This document shows positions 52,890-61,816 of a stretch of DNA of 64,000 nt, piece after piece. This stretch comes from Bacteroidales bacterium. Its GTDB lineage: Bacteria > Bacteroidota > Bacteroidia > Bacteroidales > UBA1402. Under the pieces are notes generated by a model. That model did not search any database, was not told the DNA's origin, and worked only from the letters and a program-made list of their open reading frames with translations. A program made the position numbers and the translations under genes. How positions within the stretch are numbered: the first letter of the stretch is position 1; each line of letters begins with the position of its first letter. The DNA is taken from NCBI GenBank assembly GCA_028709215.1, contig JAQVXI010000002.1, positions 78,880 to 142,879 of the forward strand. Direction: 5' to 3'.

Positions 52890-55106
52890 TTAGTCTAGAA
52901 TTCTTTGTTTGTGGGAGTGGACAAACAGGATGTTTCCCATCGAATCAAATCCATCAAAGTAACTGGTATCCAGGCTTTTTCCGCTGTCTCCACGGAAACC
53001 GATAATGCACAAGCCGGCTTCGGAAGAATGTGATCCGATCAAATCCTTCTGTGATTGGTGTTGGTCTTCGGTGATGATGGTCACATTTTGAGGCGTGATG
53101 GGCAAACGTCCGTTTTCGATCAGCGCTTTCATTTGTTCTCGTGTCTCATCCACTGTGTCTTCTTTGCATAGGTTGAATATGCGAATATTGGCCTGTTTCC
53201 AGTCCGGATGCCCCAGCAGAATAAAACTCAGGATGATCATCAGATTGGCATTGTCCTCATCCGATGTCTTTATCCAAACATGGATGCCATTCTTAAAAAT
53301 AATGGGTTTTCTACTGGATGCTAAAATGCATACATCAAAATTGCCTGCGTTGACCAGTCGGAAGTTGTCCAGAATGTCGTCCAGCTCAATGGGATTCTCC
53401 TTGTCGTACTCCAATATCAGCATGTTGTTTTCCATTCCGGAAATACCGGGAATCTGGATGGATTGTGCAATGGCCGAAGTATAGGAGGGCGAAATGATGG
53501 TGTCCACATACACGTGACTTTGTTCTCCGTAATAGCGAATGAGCTTGGCCAACTCTTCTTGTGCCGTTTGATTGGTTGCTTTTGAGTAATAACCGTCGAT
53601 GCGATGCAAGTACGTTCCAAAACCATATTTGTAAGAGATCCAATTGGTTAGCTTGAAGGCACTGTCCCGTTCGAAAGAACTCTTCGAAATGCAGATCGCA
53701 CTGGGTCTCCAATCGCCCGACGCCTTGACCAATTTGCTTTTTTGAAGGAAAAGTTGCAGACTTCGATTGATCTGGAAGAGTGTGTTGGCAAAAATGGAAC
53801 TGATGCCTTTGCGGTGTTTGTGTACGTGATCGATGTACAAATAGAGCGCAACCATAATACCAAAAGCAATCAAGGTATAAGCCGTATTGATCATAAACAT
53901 GACCCAGACGGAGGCCAAAAAACCAATCAGTGACAGCATCCACTTGGATTTGAAGGAAGGCCGGTAGGAGGGAGACGATCCAAAATGGTTCAAAAAAGAG
54001 ATCAGGTTCAGCGAACCGTATGTAATCATAAAGAACATGGATATAATCTGTGCCACAAGGTTGACATCACCTACCGCAACAAAGAACAAAGCAATGCCGC
54101 AAGTGACCAGCGAGGCATGTTGCGGTTCGTGATCGTTGCTGCGACCGAAACGGAGCCAGCGGTTCATTCGTTGGATGGGAAACGAGTCATCGTGGGCCAA
54201 CGCCTGTAACGTTCTGGGTGCGACCATAACCGAACCCAATGCAGAGGAGATGGTGGAGGCTGCCAGTCCCAATGGAATAAAGAGGCCACCCCACAAGGCA
54301 ATCTTTGACATGATAAACTGGTCGTTAAGCAGGTCTTCCGGGCTGGCTGAAATATAGAGCTTGTAAGTGATAAAAAAATACAGTACCATACCAATGAGTG
54401 TGGCGGAGATGGTTCCCATGGGAATGGATTTGGAAGGCTCGCGCAGGTCTCCTGACAGTCCGACACCGGCTGTCATGCCGGTAAATGCCGGAAAGATGAT
54501 GGCAAAAATGAAGAAGAACTGATTGGAATTGCGGAATTCAATGCTGCTCAGATTAAACACTGCGGTTTCGGAATAAGCGGTGTTGCCAAGAAAAAACAAC
54601 ACAAGAGAAAGTGCCAATATACCGACAACAACGTAAAGGGCCTTAACGCCCAAATTGGCCCCTTTGGTCAGAATCAGCCACGAAAGTAAAAGCATTACAG
54701 GTATGCTGATGACTTGTCTAGGCAGTAGAAGGCCGGTTTGCTGAAAGATGTAGTCAAAAAAGAATTGAAACGCCTCGGTAAAGGCAATGACATAAAAGGC
54801 AACGCTGATGGATTGTGAGAGGTATAAGGCGATGCCGATGGTGGCACCGATGTTTAAGCCGAAGGAACGCGAAATAATGAAGTATTCACCTCCGCCTTCC
54901 ACGCGTTTGTTGGTCGCAATTTCGGAAATCGCCAGTGCTGTCGGGATGGTTACGATGTGCCCCAGTAAAATAAGCAGTACCACGCCAACGTATCCGACGG
55001 TACCCAAGGCAAAACCAAATCTCAAAAAGAGTATGGCTCCAAGGATGGTAGAGATGGCCGTAAAAAAGACCGGAGCGGTTCCGAATTTTTGGCTTCCAGC
55101 ATTCAT
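52890..55106 (-). CDS. APC-superfamily transporter with a long cytoplasmic C-terminal domain (SLC12 cation-chloride-cotransporter-like)
   Basis: The N-terminal ~440 aa has ~12 TM helices (amino-acid-permease fold) and the C-terminal ~290 aa is soluble. ATG 55106 (MNAGSQKFG...) is preferred, because the track start TTG 55139 lies inside a -7 box. Confidence 0.75.
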   Translation of the reverse strand: MNAGSQKFGTAPVFFTAISTILGAILFLRFGFALGTVGYVGVVLLILLGHIVTIPTALAISEIATNKRVEGGGEYFIISRSFGLNIGATIGIALYLSQSISVAFYVIAFTEAFQFFFDYIFQQTGLLLPRQVISIPVMLLLSWLILTKGANLGVKALYVVVGILALSLVLFFLGNTAYSETAVFNLSSIEFRNSNQFFFIFAIIFPAFTGMTAGVGLSGDLREPSKSIPMGTISATLIGMVLYFFITYKLYISASPEDLLNDQFIMSKIALWGGLFIPLGLAASTISSALGSVMVAPRTLQALAHDDSFPIQRMNRWLRFGRSNDHEPQHASLVTCGIALFFVAVGDVNLVAQIISMFFMITYGSLNLISFLNHFGSSPSYRPSFKSKWMLSLIGFLASVWVMFMINTAYTLIAFGIMVALYLYIDHVHKHRKGISSIFANTLFQINRSLQLFLQKSKLVKASGDWRPSAICISKSSFERDSAFKLTNWISYKYGFGTYLHRIDGYYSKATNQTAQEELAKLIRYYGEQSHVYVDTIISPSYTSAIAQSIQIPGISGMENNMLILEYDKENPIELDDILDNFRLVNAGNFDVCILASSRKPIIFKNGIHVWIKTSDEDNANLMIILSFILLGHPDWKQANIRIFNLCKEDTVDETREQMKALIENGRLPITPQNVTIITEDQHQSQKDLIGSHSSEAGLCIIGFRGDSGKSLDTSYFDGFDSMGNILFVHSHKQRILD

Positions 55107-55136
55107 AAGCGTGTTTTTTTTGGAATCGTATTTTCT

Positions 55137-55144
55137 CAAAGATA
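55137..55144 (-). promoter_or_regulatory. Candidate -7 box (TATCTTTG, minus strand) for the transporter gene
   Basis: CAAAGATA on the plus strand, 31 nt upstream of ATG 55106. Confidence 0.4.
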
Positions 55145-55157
55145 TGCAAAAAGGATG

Positions 55158-55165
55158 TATCTTTG
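55158..55165 (+). promoter_or_regulatory. Candidate -7 box (TATCTTTG) for the DUF4301 gene
   Basis: It matches TAnnTTTG, 26 nt upstream of ATG 55191, back-to-back with the divergent box. Confidence 0.4.
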
Positions 55166-55190
55166 TACAAATTGCTAAATATTATCGCCC

Positions 55191-56714
55191 ATGATCACGC
55201 AAAAAGACATACAACAGCTCAATCAAAAAGGCATTCGCCCGGAACAAATCGATCAACAATTGCTGCGTTTTAAGGAGGGTTTTCCGTTTTTGGAATTGCA
55301 CGCATCCGCAACAGAAGGCAACGGAATACGTGTGATGTCGGATGCGGAAATTCAACGCTGTCAGCACCTTTGGGATGCCTATATGGGGGGCAGTCGTCGC
55401 GTCCTTAAATTTGTTCCGGCATCGGGAGCAGCCAGCCGTATGTTTAAAGACCTGTTTGCGTTTTTGGATTCCGATCACGAAGGGCCACAGTCCGCATTTG
55501 AAAAACATTTTTTTGAAAATCTGCACCAATTTGCCTTTGCCGAAGACCTGGATGCAGTCTGTAAAAAACAGCAGCACCGCTCACTGGAAGAAATGATGCG
55601 TGCGCATCAATACAAGGAGATTGTCCGTTTGCTGTTGGATTCGGATGGTTTGAACTACGGTGTGTTGCCCAAGGGTTTGCTGGCCTTTCACCGTTACCCC
55701 GACGGAGTGCGTTTGGCAGTCGCCGAACACTTGGTTGAAGGCGCCTTGTATGCAAAAGGAAACGATGGAAAGGTGTACGTGCATTTTACCGTTTCCGAAG
55801 ACCATCTTAGCCTGTTTCAGCAAGCGGTCGCTAAGGTTGCGCCCGTCATTGCAAAGGCGCACAAGCTGCAGTTTGATGTGGGCTATTCCATTCAGAAAGC
55901 GTCGACCGATACGTTGGCGGCAGATGCGCAGAATCAACCGTTTCGAGCGGATGACGGAAGTCTTTTGTTTCGTCCGGGTGGTCATGGTGCATTGATTGAA
56001 AACATGAACGATCTGGATGCTGATATCGTCTTTGTAAAAAATATTGACAACGTAGTACCCGATCGTCTGAAAGCAGACACCGTCACCTACAAAAAGGTCT
56101 TGGCCGGCTTATTGGTGGATGTGCAACAGCGGATTTTCAATTATTTGGATGTGCTTGAGCGTGGTCAGTATACACACGACGACTTGTTGGAAATGATTCA
56201 TTTTTTGCAACAGGACCTCTGTACACGCAATCCGGAGACGAAGCTATTGGAAGATAGTGAACTGGCCTTGTATCTGAAATCAAAATTCAATCGCCCCGTT
56301 CGCGTATGTGGCATGGTTAAAAACCAGGGTGAGCCTGGTGGAGGCCCTTTCTGGGCGTACAACTCGGATGGAACGTATTCGTTGCAGATTCTGGAAAGTT
56401 CTCAAATAGACATGCAGGATCCAAAGAAAAAAGCCTTGTTTGAGCAGGGAACCCACTTCAATCCGGTCGATTTGGTTTGTGCAATTAAGGATTTTAAGGG
56501 CAATCCCTTCCATCTGCCTGATTTTGTGGATCCGGCTACCGGTTTTATTTCTAACAAATCAAAAGGTGGGAAAGAATTAAAGGCACTGGAACTGCCCGGG
56601 CTCTGGAACGGTGCAATGTCCGATTGGTCAACCCTTTTTGTCGAAGTACCGTTGAGTACATTCAATCCGGTTAAAACCGTAAATGACCTGCTCCGCTCGG
56701 AACATCAGGCGTAA
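55191..56714 (+). CDS. DUF4301-family protein (nucleotidyltransferase/UDP-sugar-pyrophosphorylase-like motifs)
   Basis: 507 aa. The N-terminal QLNQKGIRPEQIDQQLLRFKEGFPF matches my memory of DUF4301. KFVPASGAASRMFK and FRPGGHGALIEN resemble the G-rich NTP loop and the PGGHG motif of UGPase-type enzymes. Confidence 0.55.
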   Translation: MITQKDIQQLNQKGIRPEQIDQQLLRFKEGFPFLELHASATEGNGIRVMSDAEIQRCQHLWDAYMGGSRRVLKFVPASGAASRMFKDLFAFLDSDHEGPQSAFEKHFFENLHQFAFAEDLDAVCKKQQHRSLEEMMRAHQYKEIVRLLLDSDGLNYGVLPKGLLAFHRYPDGVRLAVAEHLVEGALYAKGNDGKVYVHFTVSEDHLSLFQQAVAKVAPVIAKAHKLQFDVGYSIQKASTDTLAADAQNQPFRADDGSLLFRPGGHGALIENMNDLDADIVFVKNIDNVVPDRLKADTVTYKKVLAGLLVDVQQRIFNYLDVLERGQYTHDDLLEMIHFLQQDLCTRNPETKLLEDSELALYLKSKFNRPVRVCGMVKNQGEPGGGPFWAYNSDGTYSLQILESSQIDMQDPKKKALFEQGTHFNPVDLVCAIKDFKGNPFHLPDFVDPATGFISNKSKGGKELKALELPGLWNGAMSDWSTLFVEVPLSTFNPVKTVNDLLRSEHQA

Positions 56715-56716
56715 AA

Positions 56717-58165
56717 TTAATGGCTTGGTTTGCTCGCCCCTTTGACCGGGGTGAGCCCCATTTTTTTGGCCTTGTCAAGCATGTACTCCCAGGCTGCATC
56801 AAAGTCGTTCGGGATGACGCCATCCAGAATCGCATCCTTGATGGAGGATTTTAGCGAACCGATTTCCTTGCAGGGCTTTAAGTCAAAATATGCCATAATT
56901 TGTTCACCGGTAACGGGCGGTTGCATGTTGCGGATTTTATCCTTCTCTTCCAGTTCTTTTAGCTTCGTGCGAACCAGTTTGAAGTTTTCCGAAAATCGTT
57001 TGACCCGCTCTTTATTTTTAGAGGTGATGTCTGCTTCGCACAGTTGCATCAAGTCGTCGATGTCGTCTCCTGCATCAAACAGAAGACGTCGGATGGCCGA
57101 ATCCGTCACGGTTTCTTCGCTCAATACGATGGGGCGCATGTGTAGGCCGACCATTTTTTGAACGTATTTCATCTTCTCATTCATCGGGAAGCGCATGCGA
57201 CGAAAGACGTCCGGAATCATTTTTTCACCGATGAAGTTGTGGTTGTGAAAGGTCCAACCCTGTTTGTTGTCCCAACGTTTGGAGATGGGTTTGCCAATGT
57301 CGTGCAAGAGAGCAGACCAACGCAACCAAAGGTTGTCGGATGTCGTGCACAGGTTGTCCAGCACCAGGAGACTGTGTTGAAAATTATCTTTATGCCCAAT
57401 GCCGTCTTTGGTTTCTGCCCCTTTGAGTTGTGTCAATTCGGGTAGTATAATGGGCAGAATACCCGTCGCATCGAGCAAACGAAAGCCAATGGAAGGTTTG
57501 CGTGCAAGCATCATTTTGTTGAGTTCGTCTGCGATGCGTTCGCCGGAAACGATGCGGATGCGCTCCTTATTGCGCTCCATGGCTTCGATGGCTTCTGCTT
57601 CGATGTCAAAATCAAGTTGACAGGCAAAACGCACGGCGCGCATCATGCGCAAGGGATCATCGCTAAACGTAATGTCGGGATCGAGGGGGGTGCGCAACAG
57701 CATGTCGCGTAAATCCTCACGACCGTAAAACGGATCGATTAGATCTCCAAAATGATCGGAGTCCAATCGGATGGCCATGGCATTGATGGTAAAATCCCTG
57801 CGTTTCTGATCATCCTCCAGACTACCGTCCTCCACAATCGGTTTGCGTGAATGGCGTTCGTAGGATTCTTTTCGGGCACCCACAAATTCAATCTCAATCT
57901 GCTTAAATTTGATCTGAGCCGTCCCGAAATTCTTGAAATAATTCACTTTCACGTTGTTTCCCAACTTTTGAGCCACCCGTTTGGCCAGTTCGATGCCACT
58001 TCCTACGACGACAACGTCGATGTCCTTCGAGGGTCGTTTTAAGAAAATATCACGCACATAACCACCTATAACATAGGTTTCTACCTGTAGTTCGTTGCCC
58101 GCTTCCGATAGGACTCGAAAAATGGGGTTTTCTAGCTTTTCACGTAAATTCACACTTGTTTCCAT
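56717..58165 (-). CDS. CCA-adding enzyme / poly(A) polymerase-family tRNA nucleotidyltransferase with HD domain
   Basis: Head domain VIGGYVRDIFL...SKDIDVVVVG, RRDFTINAMA, and an HD region LLHDIGKP. ATG 58165 (METSVNL) is preferred over the track TTG 58168. Confidence 0.85.
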   Translation of the reverse strand: METSVNLREKLENPIFRVLSEAGNELQVETYVIGGYVRDIFLKRPSKDIDVVVVGSGIELAKRVAQKLGNNVKVNYFKNFGTAQIKFKQIEIEFVGARKESYERHSRKPIVEDGSLEDDQKRRDFTINAMAIRLDSDHFGDLIDPFYGREDLRDMLLRTPLDPDITFSDDPLRMMRAVRFACQLDFDIEAEAIEAMERNKERIRIVSGERIADELNKMMLARKPSIGFRLLDATGILPIILPELTQLKGAETKDGIGHKDNFQHSLLVLDNLCTTSDNLWLRWSALLHDIGKPISKRWDNKQGWTFHNHNFIGEKMIPDVFRRMRFPMNEKMKYVQKMVGLHMRPIVLSEETVTDSAIRRLLFDAGDDIDDLMQLCEADITSKNKERVKRFSENFKLVRTKLKELEEKDKIRNMQPPVTGEQIMAYFDLKPCKEIGSLKSSIKDAILDGVIPNDFDAAWEYMLDKAKKMGLTPVKGASKPSH

Positions 58166-58176
58166 CAATTATGAGA

Positions 58177-58184
58177 CAAAAGTA
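58177..58184 (-). promoter_or_regulatory. Candidate -7 box (TACTTTTG, minus strand) for the CCA-enzyme gene
   Basis: CAAAAGTA on the plus strand, 12 nt upstream of ATG 58165, which implies a very short leader. Confidence 0.35.
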
Positions 58185-58205
58185 CCAAATTTTCAGGGAA
58201 TGGAG

Positions 58206-58213
58206 TAATTTTG
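58206..58213 (+). promoter_or_regulatory. Candidate -7 box (TAATTTTG) for the lipoprotein gene
   Basis: It matches TAnnTTTG and covers the track TTG start at 58211. The true ATG at 58241 is 28 nt downstream. Confidence 0.4.
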
Positions 58214-58240
58214 CATTTTACAAATACAGTTGTTACGCGC

Positions 58241-59092
58241 ATGGCTCATCGTTTTTTGCCCTATATGTTGTACAGCTTGGCCGGTCTGTTGTATGCTTGT
58301 ACGGCCGGGAAAGACTCCCCGGATGATTATTTGACCCGGGCCAGGGAAATGGTACGTGCAGAGCAGTATCAAATGGCTAAGATGTATCTGGACAGCATTC
58401 GGATTTTATTCCCGGATGATTTGACTAAAATCAAAGAGGGGATGAAGGTCATGCGAGAGGTGGATTTTGCCGAGCAACAGCGCACCCTGGCTTTTTGTGA
58501 CAGTGTTTTAAAACAACGTCAGACCGAACTTCCCATGGTCAGTAAAAACTTTGTATTTGAAAAAAATGCCGAATACGAACGACTGGGGCATTATTTCTAC
58601 AAAACCCAAAAGTACGAGGATAATTTCGGACGTACTTTCTTGCAATCCAAAGTCGATGAAAAAGGACGCTTGGTGATCACCAGTTACTATTCGGGCTCCA
58701 CACCCATCAATCATACCCGATTTACCGCATACAACCCTCAGCGTTTGTTTGCACAAACCCAACCGGTAGCAAAAGACGGAGCCATGAACTACTCCTTTGA
58801 AGACGATGGTACAACCTATGAGATCGTACGCTACAACTACCGAACCGAGAACGGTGTTGTCAACTTTATGCTGGAACACTTGAACGAACCCATCTCCATT
58901 GAATTGAACGGCATTCGAAACCATCAGTATTCGTTGGCTCAACGGGACAAGGAAGCGTTGAAAGCAGCGGTCGATTTGTCGCTCGTCTTGTCCGATATCA
59001 ATCGTCTGCTGGATGAAATGCGTTTGGCCCAGGCCAAAATGGAGTATATTCTAAGTCGTAAGGATCATCCGGTGGAGGAGCCGAATAACTAA
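58241..59092 (+). CDS. Hypothetical lipoprotein
   Basis: MAHRFLPYMLYSLAGLLYAC|TAGKD lipobox. I recognise no family. Confidence 0.7.
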   Translation: MAHRFLPYMLYSLAGLLYACTAGKDSPDDYLTRAREMVRAEQYQMAKMYLDSIRILFPDDLTKIKEGMKVMREVDFAEQQRTLAFCDSVLKQRQTELPMVSKNFVFEKNAEYERLGHYFYKTQKYEDNFGRTFLQSKVDEKGRLVITSYYSGSTPINHTRFTAYNPQRLFAQTQPVAKDGAMNYSFEDDGTTYEIVRYNYRTENGVVNFMLEHLNEPISIELNGIRNHQYSLAQRDKEALKAAVDLSLVLSDINRLLDEMRLAQAKMEYILSRKDHPVEEPNN

Positions 59093-59104
59093 GCCTACAT
59101 AGGT

Positions 59105-61321
59105 ATGGAAAAAATCGTGTTCACAGAGAAGGAACGTCAGCAAACGCTCAAATTGTATCGTTCGATCCTTCGAACAATACACGATGTTACCCCGATGCAT
59201 CAGATTCGTGCGGTACGTGATCTATTGAAGGAAGCCATCCAATCCGGAGCCATTCAACGCAGTATTCCCGAGGTTAATCCCATTGTGCGGAATCTCAACA
59301 CCGCATCCATTGTCTGCAAAGAGATGGGTCTAAGGCACTCCTCTGTCATCAGTGCCATGTTGCTGGATGTGGTTCATGCCAAATGTTTGAGCATCGAGGA
59401 AGCCGAAAAGCGATTTGGCTCTTCGGTAGCCGGAATCTTGCGCGGATTGACGCGTGTGAATGAATTGTACGATCGAAACGCAGCCATAGAAACCGAGAAC
59501 TTTCGTAATCTACTGCTTTCTTTTGCACAGGACGGTCGTGTGATTCTGATCATGATTGCCGATCGCCTCAATACGATGCGCGTTTTGAAATTTTATCCGG
59601 AGGAAGAGCGAATAAAAATCGCTCGGGAAGCCTCGTACCTGTTTGGTCCATTGGCTCACCGGATGGGTTTGTACAACATCAAAACGGAGTTGGAAGACCT
59701 TTCGATGAAATTCATTCATTCGGGCATCTATCAGGAAATAGCCCGCAAACTGGATGAAACCAAGCTCTCTCGCGATCAATACATCCACGATTTTATTGAG
59801 CCGCTAAAGAAACGTGTTGATTCAACGGTATCGTTTGAATATGAGATTAAGGGGCGAACCAAATCCATCAGTTCCATCTGGAATAAACTGAAGAAGCAAA
59901 AAATTCCGTTTGAGGATATTTATGATTTGTTTGCCATCCGTATCATCATTGATACCGATACCGCAATGGAGAAACCGGCTTGTTGGCAGGTGTATTCCAT
60001 TGTAACCGATATGTATACACCCAATACTGCGCGTTTGAAGGATTGGTTGTCCATACCCAAATCGAATGGTTACGAGTCGTTGCACATCACGGTAATGGGG
60101 CCGCAGGGCCGCTGGGTGGAAGTGCAAATACGAAGTCGGCGCATGGATGAAATCGCTGAGCGTGGCTTGGCAGCACACTGGAAATATAAGGGCTTGCGCG
60201 GTGAACAGGGTTTGGATGATATGTTGACCCGCATCCGTGAAATATTGGAAAGTCCAGAAACCAGCTCTGCGAGATTGATGGATGATTTTCGTCTGGATCT
60301 GTATTCGGATGAGATCTATGTCTTTACTCCCAAAGGCGAAGTACATAAATTGCCCAAAGGAGCCACCGTACTTGACTTTGCATACAGCATTCATACCAAT
60401 TTGGGTAGTCGCTGTGTGGGTGCAAAAGTTGACGGAAAAAATGTGCCCATTCGTTATGTGTTGAAAAGTGGTGATCAGGTTGAAGTACAAACGGCGACCA
60501 ACCAAACACCCAAGCAGGATTGGGTCAACTACGTAGTAACCAGCAAGGCGCGCAATCGAATTCGACAGACCTTGAAGGAAGTCGCTCAAAAAGAAGCCGA
60601 ATTTGGACGAGAAAGCCTCAAACGAAAGTTTAAGAACCGTAAGATCGAGTACGATGAGGCGCTGTTGATGAAAGTGGTCAAGAAGTTAAAATTTCGTACG
60701 GTCACCGATTTTTTTGCCGATCTGGGCGCACAACGTCAGGACATCAATCATGTCATCGAATTGTATTTGGACGTTGAAAAAGTCGAAAGGCAAGCGTTCG
60801 AAACCGTAGAGCAGCGATCGGCTGAGTCCTACTTTCTGGAAACCGTTCCTGAAAAAACGGGAGTCAAGGAAGATGTTTTGCTGATTGATCAACAATTGTC
60901 CGGTATCGATTATAAATTGGCAAAATGTTGTAATCCCATTTATGGGGACGATGTATTCGGATTTGTGTCTTCAACCGGCGGAATAAAAATCCATCGAATA
61001 GACTGCAGCAATGCACCACAAATGATGGAACGCTTTGGCTATCGTGTTGTAAAGGCTCGCTGGGCCGGAAAATCCGAAGGGTCCAGCTATCCTGTCACCT
61101 TGCAGGTCGTAGGGAACGATGATATTGGCATCGTGACCAACATCACGTCGCTCATCTCAAAGGAAGCGGGTGTTTCGTTGCGTTCCATCAGCATTGATTC
61201 GACCGATGGATTGTTCCGTGGACAACTGACCATCATGGTCTCCGATACGCGTCAGCTCAATGGGGTCATCAAGCGGATCAAAGCCATCAAGGGTGTCAAG
61301 CAGGTGGATCGTACCAATTGA
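59105..61321 (+). CDS. relA: RelA/SpoT homolog (long RSH) with a degenerate hydrolase domain; (p)ppGpp synthetase
   Basis: Synthetase blocks are YDLFAIRIIIDT, RLKDWLSIPKSNGYESLHITV, VEVQIRSRRMDEIAERGLAAHWKYK. TGS (VFTPKGEVHKLPKGATVLDFAYSIH) and ACT (VGNDDIGIVTNITSLIS) domains follow. The hydrolase metal motifs are altered: LLHDVVED reads LLDVVHAK, and ADRLHNM reads ADRLNTM. Confidence 0.9.
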   Translation: MEKIVFTEKERQQTLKLYRSILRTIHDVTPMHQIRAVRDLLKEAIQSGAIQRSIPEVNPIVRNLNTASIVCKEMGLRHSSVISAMLLDVVHAKCLSIEEAEKRFGSSVAGILRGLTRVNELYDRNAAIETENFRNLLLSFAQDGRVILIMIADRLNTMRVLKFYPEEERIKIAREASYLFGPLAHRMGLYNIKTELEDLSMKFIHSGIYQEIARKLDETKLSRDQYIHDFIEPLKKRVDSTVSFEYEIKGRTKSISSIWNKLKKQKIPFEDIYDLFAIRIIIDTDTAMEKPACWQVYSIVTDMYTPNTARLKDWLSIPKSNGYESLHITVMGPQGRWVEVQIRSRRMDEIAERGLAAHWKYKGLRGEQGLDDMLTRIREILESPETSSARLMDDFRLDLYSDEIYVFTPKGEVHKLPKGATVLDFAYSIHTNLGSRCVGAKVDGKNVPIRYVLKSGDQVEVQTATNQTPKQDWVNYVVTSKARNRIRQTLKEVAQKEAEFGRESLKRKFKNRKIEYDEALLMKVVKKLKFRTVTDFFADLGAQRQDINHVIELYLDVEKVERQAFETVEQRSAESYFLETVPEKTGVKEDVLLIDQQLSGIDYKLAKCCNPIYGDDVFGFVSSTGGIKIHRIDCSNAPQMMERFGYRVVKARWAGKSEGSSYPVTLQVVGNDDIGIVTNITSLISKEAGVSLRSISIDSTDGLFRGQLTIMVSDTRQLNGVIKRIKAIKGVKQVDRTN

Positions 61322-61744
61322 TTACAATCGATCCTTTAGGGTCGGTTTGTGGTATTCCTCCATGTCACTTAAGTGAAATTCGAGTGCTTTGACCGAGATC
61401 TGTATTTCTCGAACAGAAATGCCCAGTGATGCGATGAGCAAAAGCAATGCCACTGCAAAAACCCATACCGCAGGGTCTTGCATGCCTACGTATAAAAGAA
61501 ACATACTTACCACGCATAAGAAAAGGCTGGAAATGCCCAGCATCTGCATGGAACGGGTCAGGTACAAACGTCTGCGAAGATTATGGATTTGTTTTTCTGT
61601 AACCGACGTCGGATTGCTCATGTGCTGATCTTTCAACGTACGAACCAATTGAGAATAGGATAAAAACCGGTTGGTATAGGCCAACATCAACAAAGAAATT
61701 GCCGAAAACAAAAAGGTCGGTGTAATTAAGTTGAACTCTTCCAT
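61322..61744 (-). CDS. DUF2721 membrane protein
   Basis: 140 aa with 3 TM helices. The N-terminal LLMLAYTNRFLSYSQLVRTL matches my memory of DUF2721. Its stop abuts the relA stop with a 0-nt gap. Confidence 0.7.
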   Translation of the reverse strand: MEEFNLITPTFLFSAISLLMLAYTNRFLSYSQLVRTLKDQHMSNPTSVTEKQIHNLRRRLYLTRSMQMLGISSLFLCVVSMFLLYVGMQDPAVWVFAVALLLLIASLGISVREIQISVKALEFHLSDMEEYHKPTLKDRL

Positions 61745-61764
61745 AACAGCTGTGTTTATACTAG

Positions 61765-61772
61765 CAAAGATA
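61765..61772 (-). promoter_or_regulatory. Candidate -7 box (TATCTTTG, minus strand) for DUF2721
   Basis: CAAAGATA on the plus strand, 21 nt upstream of ATG 61744. Confidence 0.4.
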
Positions 61773-61793
61773 TCTGATTTGCCTCGAAATGCC

Positions 61794-61801
61794 TATTTTT
61801 G
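61794..61801 (+). promoter_or_regulatory. Candidate -7 box (TATTTTTG) for menA
   Basis: It matches TAnnTTTG, 16 nt upstream of the TTG start at 61817. Confidence 0.4.
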
Positions 61802-61816
61802 TTGAAAATTTAAACA

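Noticed and set aside
61306-61334. GGATCG...CGATCC inverted repeat at the relA/DUF2721 junction, considered as a shared terminator.
   Set aside because: The stem is only 6 bp with a 17-nt loop and no real U-tract. This is not convincing.
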